Positions 12,601 through 26,299 of a stretch of 50,251 nt of DNA are shown here, piece by piece. The DNA is from Octopus bimaculoides (lineage: Eukaryota). The first letter of the stretch is position 1; every line of letters begins with the position of its first letter. The stretch covers positions 165,327,900 to 165,378,150 of the forward strand of contig NC_068982.1 of the NCBI RefSeq assembly GCF_001194135.2. Reading direction: 5' to 3'. Under the pieces are notes generated by a model, which searched no databases, was not told where the DNA came from, and saw only the letters and a list, made by a program, of their open reading frames with translations. A program made the position numbers and the translations under genes.

Positions 12601-13385
12601 GTTATTATCCTATGTATATATATGTTATTAATAGATAGTAGGAGATGGATTTCGTATTAGATTTTTATTAGGTACAACATATATATATATATATATGCGT
12701 GTGTGTGTGTGTGTGTGTTTGTGTGTGTCTATCTGTCTGTCTGCCTATGTGTCAGTCTGACTGTATGTGTATGTGTATGTGTGTGTATATATGTGTGTGT
12801 ACGTATACACATACACACACAGGTACAAAATTATACATTGAATATTGTACTACAGGGTGCATAGGAAAATATAATATTATGAGGCTGGAAATTATTTCAT
12901 CATATTTCTCGCCTATTACATGGTTAAGCGACAGCGATATATGAATAAATCGGTACATAATGAGCATGACTATGCAAGTAAGGCAGGTGACTGCTGAATT
13001 GTTGACCTTCAGAGGAAATATTCTCTTGAAACGTATCATACACAGGAGTATAGATGGAATCATTAGAAGAAATATCTGCTGTCTTCCGAAAACGCTGGAG
13101 TTAGTCATACATCCATTGAAATAATTAGATTTCTCTTACAAAGAAATGCGTTGAATAAATAAAAAAATATTTTCGGCGGCTGAAGCGATATTCTTGCACC
13201 AGATAACAGATTATAATTACGTCTTTAAATTTAATGATTTGACATTTTTCGAACAGTAAATAGAAAGTGTTTGCAGATTGTGAATCTAAACATTTAAATG
13301 TCGCACGTTTTGCCTTCTAGGTATATTTCGCAGCTATTTGCTCGAGGCAATCAACAATTAGATACAAAAAAAGACATACGACTAC

Positions 13386-13435
<50 letters not shown>

Positions 13436-13849
13436 GCACGCACACACACACACACGCATATTCACATATAAGTGTATCTGGCTGTGTACGAATATAACAT
13501 AACCACATATGTACATATGATTCTACCTGCCTGTTTTTTTTACCCACTAACACGCACACATACATATATATATATATATTNNNNNNNNNNNNNNNNNNNN
13601 NNNNNNNNNNNNNNNNNNNNNNNNNNNNNNNNNNNNNNNNNNNNNNNNNNNNNNNNNNNNNNNNNNNNNNNNNNNNNNNNNNNNNNNNNNNNNNNNNNNN
13701 NNNNNNNNNNNNNNNNNNNNNNNNNNNNNNNNNNNNNNNNNNNNNNNNNNNNNNNNNNNNNNNNNNNNNNNNNNNNNNNNNNNNNNNNTGTGTGTGTGTG
13801 TGTGTGTGTGTGCGTGTGTGTGTGTGTGCGTGTGTGTGTGTTTCCTATC

Positions 13850-14110
13850 CTGCAGAAAAGTTAGAGCTCATCACTCTTTACACGAGACCTGAGTTTGGCG
13901 AGAAAGAGCGGGGAGGGCATCCTCAAACCAAAACTCTGGCCTGGATTATAGCAAGAGTGGACACAAGGTTCGGGGCGACAGTGTTAAGTCGAGTGGTGGA
14001 CAAATTTGATATAAGGAGTCTATGGTGGAATTCGAATTCGAAACTCACCGAGCGAGAACAAATCGATGCAACTTTCTTCCATTCCGGTTTATCGCCATGG
14101 ATAAAGGCTT
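13850..14110. mobile_element. Unclassified GC/CpG-rich interspersed repeat fragment
   Basis: Composition contrasts with the flanks and the sequence resembles a repeat recalled from octopus DNA; no protein motif recognised. Confidence 0.35.
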
Positions 14111-14239
14111 ATATATTCAAACCGAAATGACGGAAAGAAAAATTGACATTGCTGCTACATTTGTAGTGACTGAAGGCAGTGAGTAAAATATAAAACAGAC
14201 GCATTTTTCCCGACTATCTAATGACTATATATGTTTTTA

Positions 14240-14716
14240 TGTATTATGTATGTATGTCATTATTCAGTTTATTTCAAGGTTTCTTGCCAATAAAGAAAGA
14301 GCCGGTTTCTAACCCAGATTCAAGGGTCCTTCATTGAAACAACAGGGTATTTTTGCTTGTATGTATGCATGTATGTATGTATGTATATACGTGCAGATTT
14401 GTATGTTTTATGTATGTATTCTCACGCATATAGTTGTAAATCTTGACATGTTCATATAAATTTAAATAATAAACTTCTGGAAAGTTTTACAGATTTTTAC
14501 AGTTCCAGTGATATATGGGATCTGTAGTCTTCGAATTAGCTTTCTCCTTTCTGGTTTTGAGAAGCCTAATTTATCAAGATTGGTATTTAGGCAGTGTATT
14601 ACATATCCCAAGGTTCCAATAAATACAGGTATAAAACTGAACTTGTAATCTGGATAGAGTAACTGCAGATTTTTCAATAGTTCAACATAGATGTTCTCTT
14701 TTTCATTCACCTTCAC
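14240..14716 (-). mobile_element. RLE-type non-LTR retrotransposon 3' end, family A, with 3' UTR and (CATA)n tail
   Basis: KENIYVELLKNLQLLYPDYKFSFIPVFIGTLG...RKLIRRLQI...GTVKICKTFQKFII*. Homologous at DNA and protein level to 33760-34375. Confidence 0.82.
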
Positions 14717-15045
14717 AGCGATAATGCTCTTCTCAGTACATGAGTCGTTCCAGTTAACACGATGTTTCGCACTTCCTGTAGGGATGGTAAGTCTGGTTTC
14801 ATTTTCAAATAGGTTTCAGTACCTTTTTTCATCATTCCTAGAGATCCTACAATCACTGGTACGGTAGTCGTCTTGAGGTGCCACATTTTTTCAATTTCTA
14901 TTAGCAAGTCTTTATATTTACTGATCTTGTCAAATTCTTTCGCCGCTATATTGTGATCGCAAGGAATACTCATGTCAATTAATAAACACACTTTTTTTGT
15001 TTTATCTTTTATAACGATATCCGTTTTATTAGCTTTTATAGTATT
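14713..15045 (-). mobile_element. R4/Dong-like RLE 3' fragment, family B
   Basis: KANKTDIVIKDK...CLLIDMSIPCDHNIAAKEFDKISKYKDLLIEIEKMWHLKTTTVPVIVGSLG...LRRALSL*. The 5' end begins at an (AAT)n run (15040-15070). Confidence 0.88.
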
Positions 15046-15319
15046 ATTGTTATTATTATTATTATTATTATCTCAACTAACTAACACTGCGGAATTACTG
15101 AAGTATATCCAACGGAAATATACTCCGGCTGCGGATGACACCAGGTAGCTAAATCCGTAGCAATGTTCTACTCAACACTTCAACACACATCAACATATAC
15201 CCATTAGTCCAAAAATATCAAGTATATAGATATATAGATAAAGATATAGATATAGATAGACGAGAGAGAGTGAAAAAAGAGAGAGAGAGGTAGTAATGCA
15301 GATGTACATTATTATGTTT

Positions 15320-15380
<61 letters not shown>

Positions 15381-15389
15381 GTATACATA

Positions 15390-16236
15390 TACGAAGTGGT
15401 ATCAGAATGTTCCTGGGCTAGTTTTGTAGTGCGCCAAAAGATGGCAGTACACGGTTGCGTGCGCAGTGAGAGCTGGCAGTGACCGTCATGAGGCATGTGT
15501 GCCGAGTGACATCGCTGACAAGAAAGATATCGCTGACAAGAAAGTTGTGAAATTTGTGCTTTTGTGATCACGTGTATGTTGTAGTCAGCAATTTTGTCAT
15601 GGACAAGAACAAAGAGCTAACGTGAAACTTTGCATTAAACTTGCGACGCCTGCTACAGAGTCATTGAGCATGCCTCAGTAAGCTTACGGCCACAAGGCAA
15701 TGGGTCGTACGCAATATTTCAAGTGACACAGGTGCTTCAAAAGCGGAAGAATGTCCATGGAAGACGATGAGCGATCTGGAAGATCTGCCACGAGTGTCAC
15801 CCCCGGAAATGTAGTATTGCCCATCAAAAATTCGTCCCGTAAGGTCAGACTATCAATCGAGAGTTATACTGTGGCGCTTTGAAAGCGCCTGCATCTGTGG
15901 AGCGCGAGGCATTCGATTCTTCATGACGACTATGCACCCTGACACCGAGTTCTCATCACTCATGAGTTTCTAACCAAAAACGACATCGTATCGCATCCAT
16001 TCTATTCTCCAGATCTGCGGAGTTCCTTCTCTTCCCCAAGATAGAAAGGCAGCTCAAAGGTCACCGTTTTAACACCGTTGTCGAGATCCAGAGCGAATCG
16101 CAGAAGGTCCTCGACTGGCTTACGGAAAACGACTTTCGGGTGACTGTTTAGAGGGAGATGATGTTAAAACTTAGGTAAATAAGTTATTTTTTTATTAAAC
16201 ATAACCAGCTCGGAAACCTTTTGAAACTACCTCGTA
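15390..16236 (+). mobile_element. Internally deleted mariner (DD34D) element with both TIRs and TA flanks
   Basis: TA-CGAAGTGGTATCAGAATGTTCC ... GGAAACCTTTTGAAACTACCTCG-TA. N-terminus RANVKLCIKL...FKSGRMSMEDDERSGR and C-terminus HDDYAP...PFYSPDL...FLFPKIERQLKGHRF; the middle is deleted. Confidence 0.92.
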
Positions 16237-16547
16237 GACATCCATGTATGCATGCATATATACACACAAACGCCTAACACTCCTTCAGACCATAGAAATT
16301 GAGTGACTGATCTCTGCACTTTCTGAATGCACATTGCCGGCGGAGTGGACATGTTTACTCTGTAACACAAGAAATGTGTTCAAATCAGTTTTCGCTTACG
16401 TAACCACAGGAGTAACAGCTTGTTAAAAGCTTGAGTTCNNNNNNNNNNNNNNNNNNNNNNNNNNNNNNNNNNNNNNNNNNNNNNNNNNNNNNNNNNNNNN
16501 NNNNNNNNNNNNNNNNNNNNNNNNNNNNNNNNNNNNNNNNNNNNNNN

Positions 16548-16586
<39 letters not shown>

Positions 16587-17469
16587 CTTTCATGTGTTTC
16601 AATATTAAGCCGAAATGTGCCAATGTTATACGTTGTAAATGTTTGTAGTGCTAAGTAATTAATCCTAATGATACAACAGATTCTCAAGAATGGTGGAAGA
16701 AAGAGAATATTTTGTAAATGAATTTTCTATACTTCTGAAACTAGTAACTTGCAAAGTAGATCCCTAATAGCAATTATATATTTTCATTCTACTAGATAGA
16801 TAATACTATTATTTCATCTCGATCGAAGCAATGAATTAGCGATGGTTAATATATAATTGTATTATTTCTCTGTTATCAAAGTGGAATTCAAATATTGAAC
16901 ATAGCGTCAGATGCAATTAACGCTTTTAACTTATTCATTCTGCATGTCATTTTCTAAACGCAATAACGTCGGATATGTAACTCGATATTGCTTCATATAT
17001 TGCAACCCTAATTAAGGATAAATTAATTATAACCTTCATACAATTAGTAAATTATTAGGGTTTTCAGATAAACGTGACATGACATTTCCTATTATGCAAT
17101 CTCATTAACTATACGAGAATTATTTCAAAGTTTTCCGCTGAAATTATTTAACGATATCAAAAGCACCCAGGATCAATTTAGTATTGTGATATCATTGTGG
17201 TAATCAGCAGTTTAAGTGTTTATATATTAAAGAAAAGTCGATGCCCTCTAATTATTATTTCCTCGCATACGACATGGTGACAATCATGAGTATATAATTG
17301 GATCCGATATCAAGTGATAGAATAAAAACAAGTTTGGAGTACGCTGTACATATTCATAAACTGTCAGATTTGGATATCATTCAAGATATTGAACTTCATC
17401 AAGACGAAATTTACGTCAAATGTCTCTTTAATGCTATTACTCTTAGCCTGATTAAACATTTTGTACTGT

Positions 17470-17531
<62 letters not shown>

Positions 17532-17954
17532 CGGTCTTCTTGGACGACAAATCTCTCTTAATAGAGAATGTTGTAGATATAAATTTGTTGAATTTCAATT
17601 TAATAAGATATCTCATTCGCCAGAAGTGTGTTCGATGGTGAATGAAATGAAGATGTAATAAGGTTGATTCTATTTAGCCCAAGGACACTTTTCTTGAGCA
17701 GGCATGGGATTAAAGTCTCCCAGCCACTATCTTAGATATTTTTCTATATCTTTATCATATTTAGAGTAACATTATTCAGTGTGGGTTTATTTACTTAGGA
17801 AAGAATGGAGTGGTTTAAGACAATGAAGTTTGACTGCTATTTCCAGGGGTCGAGCTACATATTTGAGTCTACCGCACGATATTATGTTTCAAGTTCGGTT
17901 TTTAGATACTAACCTTAAGTTTGAGAAAGCGAGTTGTGGTATTGGAATCTAAGG

Positions 17955-20400
17955 TGTAGTAGGCATTGTACATTCCAGCACGTCTCTCAATACCATTGAT
18001 CTACGCATAGAAAATCTCAGTTCTGTCTGATTGGCAGAGCATCACCTACAATACCTGCTGAGGCCTACAGAAGAGAGAGAGCTACGGTGGATACGAGCGC
18101 ATTTGAATGCACTAACTGTTAGAGTGGCTTTCTGATGTCGAATGCACTTTTCTTCGGTAACAACCCGTAGCTTTTGTACTCGTCTTTTGATATTCCTGCC
18201 AAATTCCAACCTCCCGATAGCACACGATTGCAATCTTGCTTCAGCTTTCTGGTTTCATATGCAGGATGTTTTCTCATTTGCAAATGACGCTGAAATAATA
18301 CGAAAATTTGTTACCTTTGTGTTCTCGGGCCGAAGGTCATCTTCCTATGCAGAATTGCGTTCGCTCCACCAATTTAACACGTGATGTACGTTACCTGTTC
18401 AGCAAGGATATATTTTTGGAGTAGGCTGAAATGGTTTTTAATTGATGTGGGCCAGAACATAATCGTTTGCTTAGTCCACTTGATATTTAGAAAGGAAAAG
18501 CATTGAGAAGCAGCTCGCGTGGAAGTGAAAAGCGCTGAGAAGCAGCTCATGTCATGAGTTGGGGCTTCAAGTCTTTGTGCCATGAATGCAGTGCGCTGAA
18601 ACCCTGATTCTATATACTTCAACTATGATGCTGGTTCATTATTTTACTATTCTCCCTGAATCTATGACCCTCGCAAGAGTTGATGATGCTCTTCTGATCT
18701 GCTTCTTGATCTGAGACTCAAGATATGTCGCGTATGGTAATGGAGCCAATTAATTTGGACTCGTGGTTTGCTTTCAGTTCGCAATTGCTGATGGCAATAT
18801 AAAGGAAATGACGTAAGGCGGTGAGCTGGCACAATTGTTCGTACGCGAAGCAAAATGCTTAGCATCATTTCGTCTCTCTCTACGTTCAGAGTTGAAATTC
18901 CACCGAAGTCTACTTTGGCATACATCGTTTAAATATCAATAAAATAAGTAGCAATGGAGCACTGTAATCGACTTACTCCTTCCCCGAGGTTTCTGACCTT
19001 GTGCCAAAATGTGAAAGAAATATAAATGAAATGATCGGCTCGTTGGTCCAACATCGTCTTCCTCAGGCTGAATCCCAAGCTGAAGCCCTGATAGACTATT
19101 AAGAAGCTACCCACAAGACGTTGACGTTTCCCTTCAGAATGTGTCGTACTATATTCCAATTTTCTGATATTTTATGCACGTCGACGGAAAGAGCAGCCTT
19201 ATATGATTTGTAGTGTAATAGATAACTTCAGGTTTTGTTCCAAAAATATGCATCGGTATCACAGCGAGCAAGATGCCGAAAATGTGGTGGGTAAATGCAC
19301 AGCTTAGTTTCAATATGTATATTGAATTCTCCTCATCAAGAGTCATCAGACTGAGCGATGTCCACGAGAATGTGGAATGACTAATCTTTCTTAAGGAGCT
19401 TCGGATAACAACCAATCTTGACGAAACTTTTGGAGAAGTCAGCCTTACTTTTAATGCTAAATAAGTTCATGGAATCAATGGAAATGAAATAGAATGATTC
19501 ACATTTCACGGTGCACATTTGCTTGTAGATGTCTAAAAGTGAAATGATGTCATTCTGATTTTACGTTAAATACTGAAACTTAGAATATATACTTAGCGCA
19601 AGTTTCTTAAGTCTGATTCCACACAGGCGAAGACCTTTCTAATAATGCTCAACAGAGAAATATCGTGCTTAATTGTTCCTGCAACTTCTCTACCTGCTAC
19701 AGTTTACAAGATGACGGTGTTACATTATCGCATGTTTTTCGACATTGCCGTTTCTTCCAGTCATTTTCACAATTATTCATCAAACGTCGTACCTGGACGC
19801 TATCCGTGTACCTAATGTCTCGTGGAGGAAAACATTCAATTCTGGTGCATTGTCAGTAAGAAAATCGTCGATAAATTTACACATATCTTCGGTAGTTGCA
19901 TCCAGTTTCTCCAAAATAGACAGGTATTCAAGAGCAACAGGTCCAGCAGCCTCTCGGAAATTGTAATCCACGGTGGCTTGACTTTGAGTTTGATGGCCTT
20001 CTTTATTATTGTTTTTAAGGGTACTATCTACTTCTTTGTTGAAACAATGTCTTTCTTCATCCCTTCGTACATTCCACGGATAATCACCCTATCATATGAT
20101 AACTGAATGATTTCTAAGAGTCGAAGCCAATAATTATTTTCGTACCGTCCGAACAGTGAACCTGCTTGAGTTCATATGAAACACATCATGTATTTTGCCT
20201 AATTGATCATGAATCCTTGAATGCAGTAATGTAGATTTACTTCTGCTGAGTTTTCATGAGGAACACAATCCAGACATTTATTGAACTCTATCGAATTATA
20301 TGCTGCTGAATCATGTTGGGTACCTATATGCTGGTTCCCTGGTCAGGGTAGTGCCTTTTCTTTTGACCATGATCTGACAAAGGCCACATGTTTTACCAAA
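17955..20400 (-). mobile_element. Highly decayed, 5'-truncated RTE-clade LINE, interrupted by a SINE
   Basis: EAAGPVALEYLSILEKLDATTEDM, ISLLSIIRKVFAC..IRLKKLA, FISID...KIGCYPKLL...SFH, GSITI...IRRASSTLARV, LNIKW, terminal CARIHRSSLSSVGLSRYCR; colinear with RTE ORF2. Confidence 0.78.
18815..19020 (+). mobile_element. tRNA-type SINE nested in the RTE LINE
   Basis: AAGGCGGTGAGCTGGCAC...AAAATGCTTAGC...GTTCAGAGTTGAAATTCCACCGAAGTCTACTTTG...CCTTGTGCC. Homologous to 48026-48214 (-). Confidence 0.82.
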
Positions 20401-20903
20401 CCACAATCGATACTCCAAAAAGAATAGAAATTATAGTATGTTTCTCTTCAGATTTTGTGTTCTGCTCATCTACTAAACGTTATCTGATGTTATGGTGATT
20501 AGGATACATACATTATAGTTCGAATTTTGTTATGCATAGCGTTCTTCACACACACACACATACCACGCGCACGCATATACATATTATAATAATATATATG
20601 TAAGCGCCAGGCTGTGTCCTACGTGGAAGATGACAAATTAAGTTGAAACAACATGTTTGAAGATCCGCCGAAGACATTATCATCAGAAATATATTACAGC
20701 TAATGCTGTTGTTCCTGTCTATGTACATTATACATTGTTGCATACATCGTTAATTTCATTTAATGCTATTTTATTTGTGTTGTATTTATACGCACTTGCT
20801 CGTAGAGAGGATATTTTCGGCACAATTCCTACTCTCGTTTAACTGTACAGGAGAGTATTGAATATTAAATATTAATTTACACACTTTTACCTTGATATAT
20901 ATA

Positions 20904-21115
20904 TAAACGAGAAGGTGCCAAGAATTTCTGGCTTTCGGTAAAAGAATCAGTTACTTATGATTTTATTCAACATATCTTCCTTTCAGATTCACACGTCTAT
21001 TTCAGCAGCCCTTCAGGTTTCCAAAACCCTATAAAAGAACCCGGAAAGTTGGGCCGTTGACTAGGCCTTTTGTGATACCCTTAAAGCCAGGAAATTTTCA
21101 AAACACCACCTCATA
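20904..21115. mobile_element. Mariner-type MITE (~210 bp)
   Basis: Imperfect ~35-bp TIRs (ACGAGAAGGTGCCAAGAATTTCTGGCTTT / reverse complement ATGAGGTGGTGTTTTGAAAATTTCCTGGCTTT), TA context. Confidence 0.72.
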
Positions 21116-21116
21116 T

Positions 21117-21119
<3 letters not shown>

Positions 21120-21181
<62 letters not shown>
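21120..21181. repeat. Pure (CA)n microsatellite
   Basis: Visible. Confidence 0.98.
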
Positions 21182-21185
<4 letters not shown>

Positions 21186-21193
21186 TATATATA

Positions 21194-22051
21194 TACTGTT
21201 AAGAAAAGTTGGTATGCGTAGGACAGACACAAAAGGACCCCAATTCTTTATCAGTTATTGACCAAAAATACTAATACCTAGTTTCGTACCTCTAACGATA
21301 GGACTGAGAACTTCGTATACCGGCAGCACTCACAAGATTTGCGTAGAACTAGGACTCGAGCAAACAAGAGAATACAAGGTAGACGTACGAAAGTAAACAA
21401 ATGCAGACGCAGATAGACGAAGTCACAATCAATAAAGCCTTTCGGCCAAATACGAGGGTGATGGGTAACAGCTAATAGACTATCTTCTTTCTTTCTCTCT
21501 CGTCCTAATATTCTTTTTCTAGCATCCCTACCTCCTCTCTCCCTCCCTCTCTCTCGTCTTCTCTCACTTAACTGTAGGCTTTTCTCTTCCTTCTTTCTAT
21601 CTCTGCCGTGGTCTCTCTCTCCCTCTCTCTCCGCCGCTCTCTCTCATCCTCCTTCCATTCTATCTACTGTCCACATGTGGCACGTGACTAATTTTCTCAT
21701 CTCTTAGCCTACTGGTCAAAATGTTCTCCTCTCTTACTATTTCTCTTGTTGCATATCCATTGCGGATTTCTCCCTGACGTTTTGCCATCATTCTGGCGTT
21801 TGTCCGAAAGGCTTTATTTACTGTGGCTTCGCCTATTGTTTCAAATTACATTTGTTTACTTTTGTACGCCCACCTTGTATCGTTTTGTTTGATCGAGTCC
21901 TAATCCCACACAAATCTTGCGGGTGCCGCCGATATACGAAGTTCTCAGTCTTATCGTTAAAGGCACGAAACTGAGTATTAGTAACTTTAGTCGATAACTG
22001 ACGAAGAATTAGGGTCCTTCTGTGTCTGTCCGACGTGTACGTTTTGTAGTA
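21194..22051. mobile_element. Foldback element: ~270-bp inverted arms (21194-21464; 21785-22051) around a CT-rich spacer
   Basis: The reverse complement of the right arm aligns over the whole left arm (e.g. GGACAGACACA.AAGGACCC.AATTCTT, GACTGAGAACTTCGTATA, AATAAAGCCTTTCGG.CAAA); no ORF. Confidence 0.9.
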
Positions 22052-22069
22052 TTTAATGCATTTTTATTT

Positions 22070-22126
22070 ATATATATATAAATACATACAGATATATATG
22101 TAAATATATATATGCATATATATATG

Positions 22127-22159
<33 letters not shown>

Positions 22160-22170
22160 GTATGTATATG

Positions 22171-22209
<39 letters not shown>

Positions 22210-22275
22210 GCATATATATGTACATATATGTATCTATATATATGTATATATGGGTGTGTGTGTGTGTTTGTGCGT
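22070..22275. repeat. (TA)n/(TATG)n/(TG)n microsatellite
   Basis: Visible. Confidence 0.93.
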
Positions 22276-22489
22276 GTGTGTGAGGGAAAAGAAATGAATG
22301 AATGAGACAGGAAGAGAAGAACCTAGCTAGTCTAATAGATCTACTGTCAGATATAATTTAACTTTATCAAATTTCGTGGAGCATATACAAAATGTTGAAA
22401 TGAATACTAATTTCAAAAAGATTAAGGTAAATTTCAGTAAAGGAAAACTTCTCATTTGAACAGATTCTTTGATAACTACTCTGTAATTT

Positions 22490-22533
22490 ACTCTCTCTCT
22501 CTCTTCCTCTCTCTCTTCCTCTCTCTCTCCCTC

Positions 22534-22574
<41 letters not shown>

Positions 22575-22592
22575 ACCTCTATCTCTCTCTCC
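22490..22592. repeat. (CT)n microsatellite
   Basis: Visible. Confidence 0.95.
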
Positions 22593-22858
22593 TACTACTG
22601 ACACCAAACCCAGCTCATGCACTCATCTTGGGTCTCTTATAGTAACGATCTTGTTTCTTTGAATATCCTACTCTCACCCTTTTTATTGTATCATGTAAAG
22701 CGTAACTGGAGAAATCTCTTACCAACAACCAAATATCCCAAATTTATATCGGGTATAGTATGTTAGTGTGTGTGTGTGTGTGTGTGTATACATATATATA
22801 TATATGTACGTATGCATGTATTCATGCATATTTTTATATATATGTATACATATATGTG

Positions 22859-22894
<36 letters not shown>

Positions 22895-22904
22895 NNNNNN
22901 NNNN

Positions 22905-22946
<42 letters not shown>

Positions 22947-23288
22947 TCGTTATTCTTAACGCTAATTAGATATTCAGTAGCGTTTCGGGTACGAAAGTTA
23001 TTATAACTGATACACTCAAGTAATTATTGGTCCATAGATTAATAATTTGTGTAGAGTTATTGTACTTTACGCATATCCTTGTTGTTCCCAAGTGCTCTTA
23101 TATTTTAGTAGATGCTGTAACCTAAATTGTCAAGTATGTCTGTTAATAGGTCTTATATTACTTGATTACAAAATACACGTATCCAATAAGAGAACTCGGC
23201 ATATGTAAATACATATAGTCACACAAACATATATACATATATATAGAGAGATGAAATAAGAAATTACATAAAACCACACACATACATA

Positions 23289-23335
<47 letters not shown>

Positions 23336-23873
23336 TTATGTATATGGGTGTTATGTACGTCTACATACAAACATTTATCAGTGTAGACTTGTGCGCATAT
23401 ATGTAATCTTATGCAAACACATGCACACATGCATGCGCGCATACATGTTTACATATACTTATAAATATACATATATATATATATATATGAGTGTTAACCT
23501 GTGTGTATATGTTCGAATATTTGTACGTGCATGTGTATATAGATAGATAGATATATAGATAGATAGATAGGAACACTATTATTTCTAAATCTCTGAAAGA
23601 GAGATTATGTTGGCAAATAATCTTTAAGTATTACTGTTTTTAGCATTTTCTTATTATTATCAAAGAATGTATATATGTATTTAAATACTTTTGGGACAAC
23701 CAGAACTTAACACAACAAAGCTTATACAAAGCCTTACATTTTACTTTTGACAATCTTTTTCTAAGAAAGTGCAACTGGTCAAGTGAATAAACGTCTTTAA
23801 AATTGCATTTTCAAACCTTTCATATATATTTCCACTCGTGCGGTATCTTACAACTTTACTTTGTTATATATAT

Positions 23874-23918
<45 letters not shown>

Positions 23919-24453
23919 NNNNNNNNNNNNNNNNNNNNNNNNNNNNNNNNNNNNNNNNNNNNNNNNNNNNNNNNNNNNNNNNNNNNNNNNNNNNNNNNNN
24001 NNNNNNNNNNNNNNNNNNNNNNNNNNNNNNNNNNNNNNNNNNNNNNNNNNNNNNNNNNNNNNNNNNNNNNNNNNNNNNNNNNNNNNNNNNNNNNNNNNNN
24101 NNNNNNNNNNNNNNNNNNNNNNNNNNNNNNNNNNNNNNNNNNNNNNNNNNNNNNNNNNNNNNNNNNNNNNNNNNNNNNNNNNNNNNNNNNNNNNNNNNNN
24201 NNNNNNNNNNNNNNNNNNNNNNNNNNNNNNNNNNNNNNNNNNNNNNNNNNNNNNNNNNNNNNNNNNNNNNNNNNNNNNNNNNNNNNNNNNNNNNNNNNNN
24301 NNNNNNNNNNNNNNNNNNNNNNNNNNNNNNNNNNNNNNNNNNNNNNNNNNNNNNNNNNNNNNNNNNNNNNNNNNNNNNNNNNNNNNNNNNNNNNNNNNNN
24401 NNNNNNNNNNNNNNNNNNNNNNNNNNNNNNNNNNNNNNNNNNNNNNNNNNNNN

Positions 24454-24503
<50 letters not shown>

Positions 24504-25643
24504 TGTATGATGTGTGTGTGTGTGCATGCTTGTGGTATGTGTGTGGCTAAACGTGTTCCATCTCCGATGTTTTAAGCAGAGAAATCTAAAAATTTGGGAA
24601 CAATTTTAGTTAAACTTTCGGCGTTGCTCAATCTGGAATCTATTGGGTATTTTCCCGCCTATTAGAAAATTTTCAACAAAGAACAGTGTATTATATCCCT
24701 TATCGTTCTCTCCTTATGTATAACCTATTCCAGGTTATACAGAATGCATATATATGTGTGTATAACACCTAAACACACGCACACACACATATATGTATAT
24801 ACACATCTGTATATTAGTATATACGTGTAAGTGTATATAGATATGTTGAAAGCGACGGAAAGTGGGAGAGAGGAAGCAAGATATGACGTGTGCATGTATG
24901 TACTTATAAAGTTTCTTATATATATATATATATATACTCAAAAACACACATACACATACACACACACATTCATACACACATACATACATTAGCTACAAGA
25001 TTTGAAGAAAACATCTCTATCAGTGACCTTTAATGTCTTCCTAACCTACTAAATATTATCTATGAGAACATCTTTTAACACACTCAAAGATTCTTTCATG
25101 TGGCATCTATTTATCTTTTAAACCCAGACCAATCGTATTCTCACAAAATATTCAAATTATGACAGTACTTTTCGATAGATGGGTCACTGTATAAGACCAT
25201 TATTTCATTGTAATTGTCCAACCTCTCAGCCCCAGGCCAACTTCTCTTAACCTTCCAGTCAGTTCTCTAACTAAACTAACCATATCTTAGAAATATTCTG
25301 CTTTTTAGATTGCCCCTGTGATTTAAACTGACCGCTGTAATTCACTTAACCATCACATCTCCTTAACCAATGACCTCTCCTATTTGAACCAATTATTGTC
25401 TCGTCTTCATACTTTTCAATGGTACGTATATGCACTTCTACTACCTATTCCTTTCCATTCTGACAAGGCAGTAATACGGTAATTTGAAGTTGACTTTCGA
25501 CATTGATGTAATATTCATGAGATTCTCCATGGGTATGAAGTTTGTGGCTGTTAGTCTCTTGTTTTAACATGTTAAAACGCTTTTATATTTATCTATATAT
25601 CTATCTCTCTATCTTCCTATCACACAATAGATCTATCTATTTA

Positions 25644-25691
<48 letters not shown>

Positions 25692-25972
25692 NNNNNNNNN
25701 NNNNNNNNNNNNNNNNNNNNNNNNNNNNNNNNNNNNNNNNNNNNNNNNNNNNNNNNNNNNNNNNNNNNNNNNNNNNNNNNNNNNNNNNNNNNNNNNNNNN
25801 NNNNNNNNNNNNNNNNNNNNNNNNNNNNNNNNNNNNNNNNNNNNNNNNNNNNNNNNNNNNNNNNNNNNNNNNNNNNNNNNNNNNNNNNNNNNNNNNNNNN
25901 NNNNNNNNNNNNNNNNNNNNNNNNNNNNNNNNNNNNNNNNNNNNNNNNNNNNNNNNNNNNNNNNNNNNNNNN

Positions 25973-26010
<38 letters not shown>

Positions 26011-26299
26011 GTGTACACACACACCACACATATATAAATACAAACACACACACACACACTATATATATATAGCAATGAGAAAATGGAGGAGAAATTGCGG
26101 TATCCATCGACTTGCAGACAATGTATTCCGTTGATTAATTTGTTTATAACTAAAATCACAAAAACCACAATATACAGATGCTCATGACATACCATGTCAT
26201 ATTAAGAATTAAAGTTACCACTATAAAGTACATTTAGCAATTGGAAAATGTACAGAAACTTATTTTGGCCTCCCTCTTGGTTCTTTCTCAAGGCTGTCA

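Noticed and set aside
12930-13105. Protein-like minus-strand frame RFRKTADISSNDSIYTPVYDTFQENISSEGQ...
   Set aside because: All nearby frames look similarly plausible, there is no clear donor and no recognised homology
20650-20695. Hammerhead-ribozyme-like CTGATGA...TTCG...AAACATG on the minus strand
   Set aside because: Lacks GAAA and a paired stem II; I found no convincing hammerhead near any Penelope-like remnant
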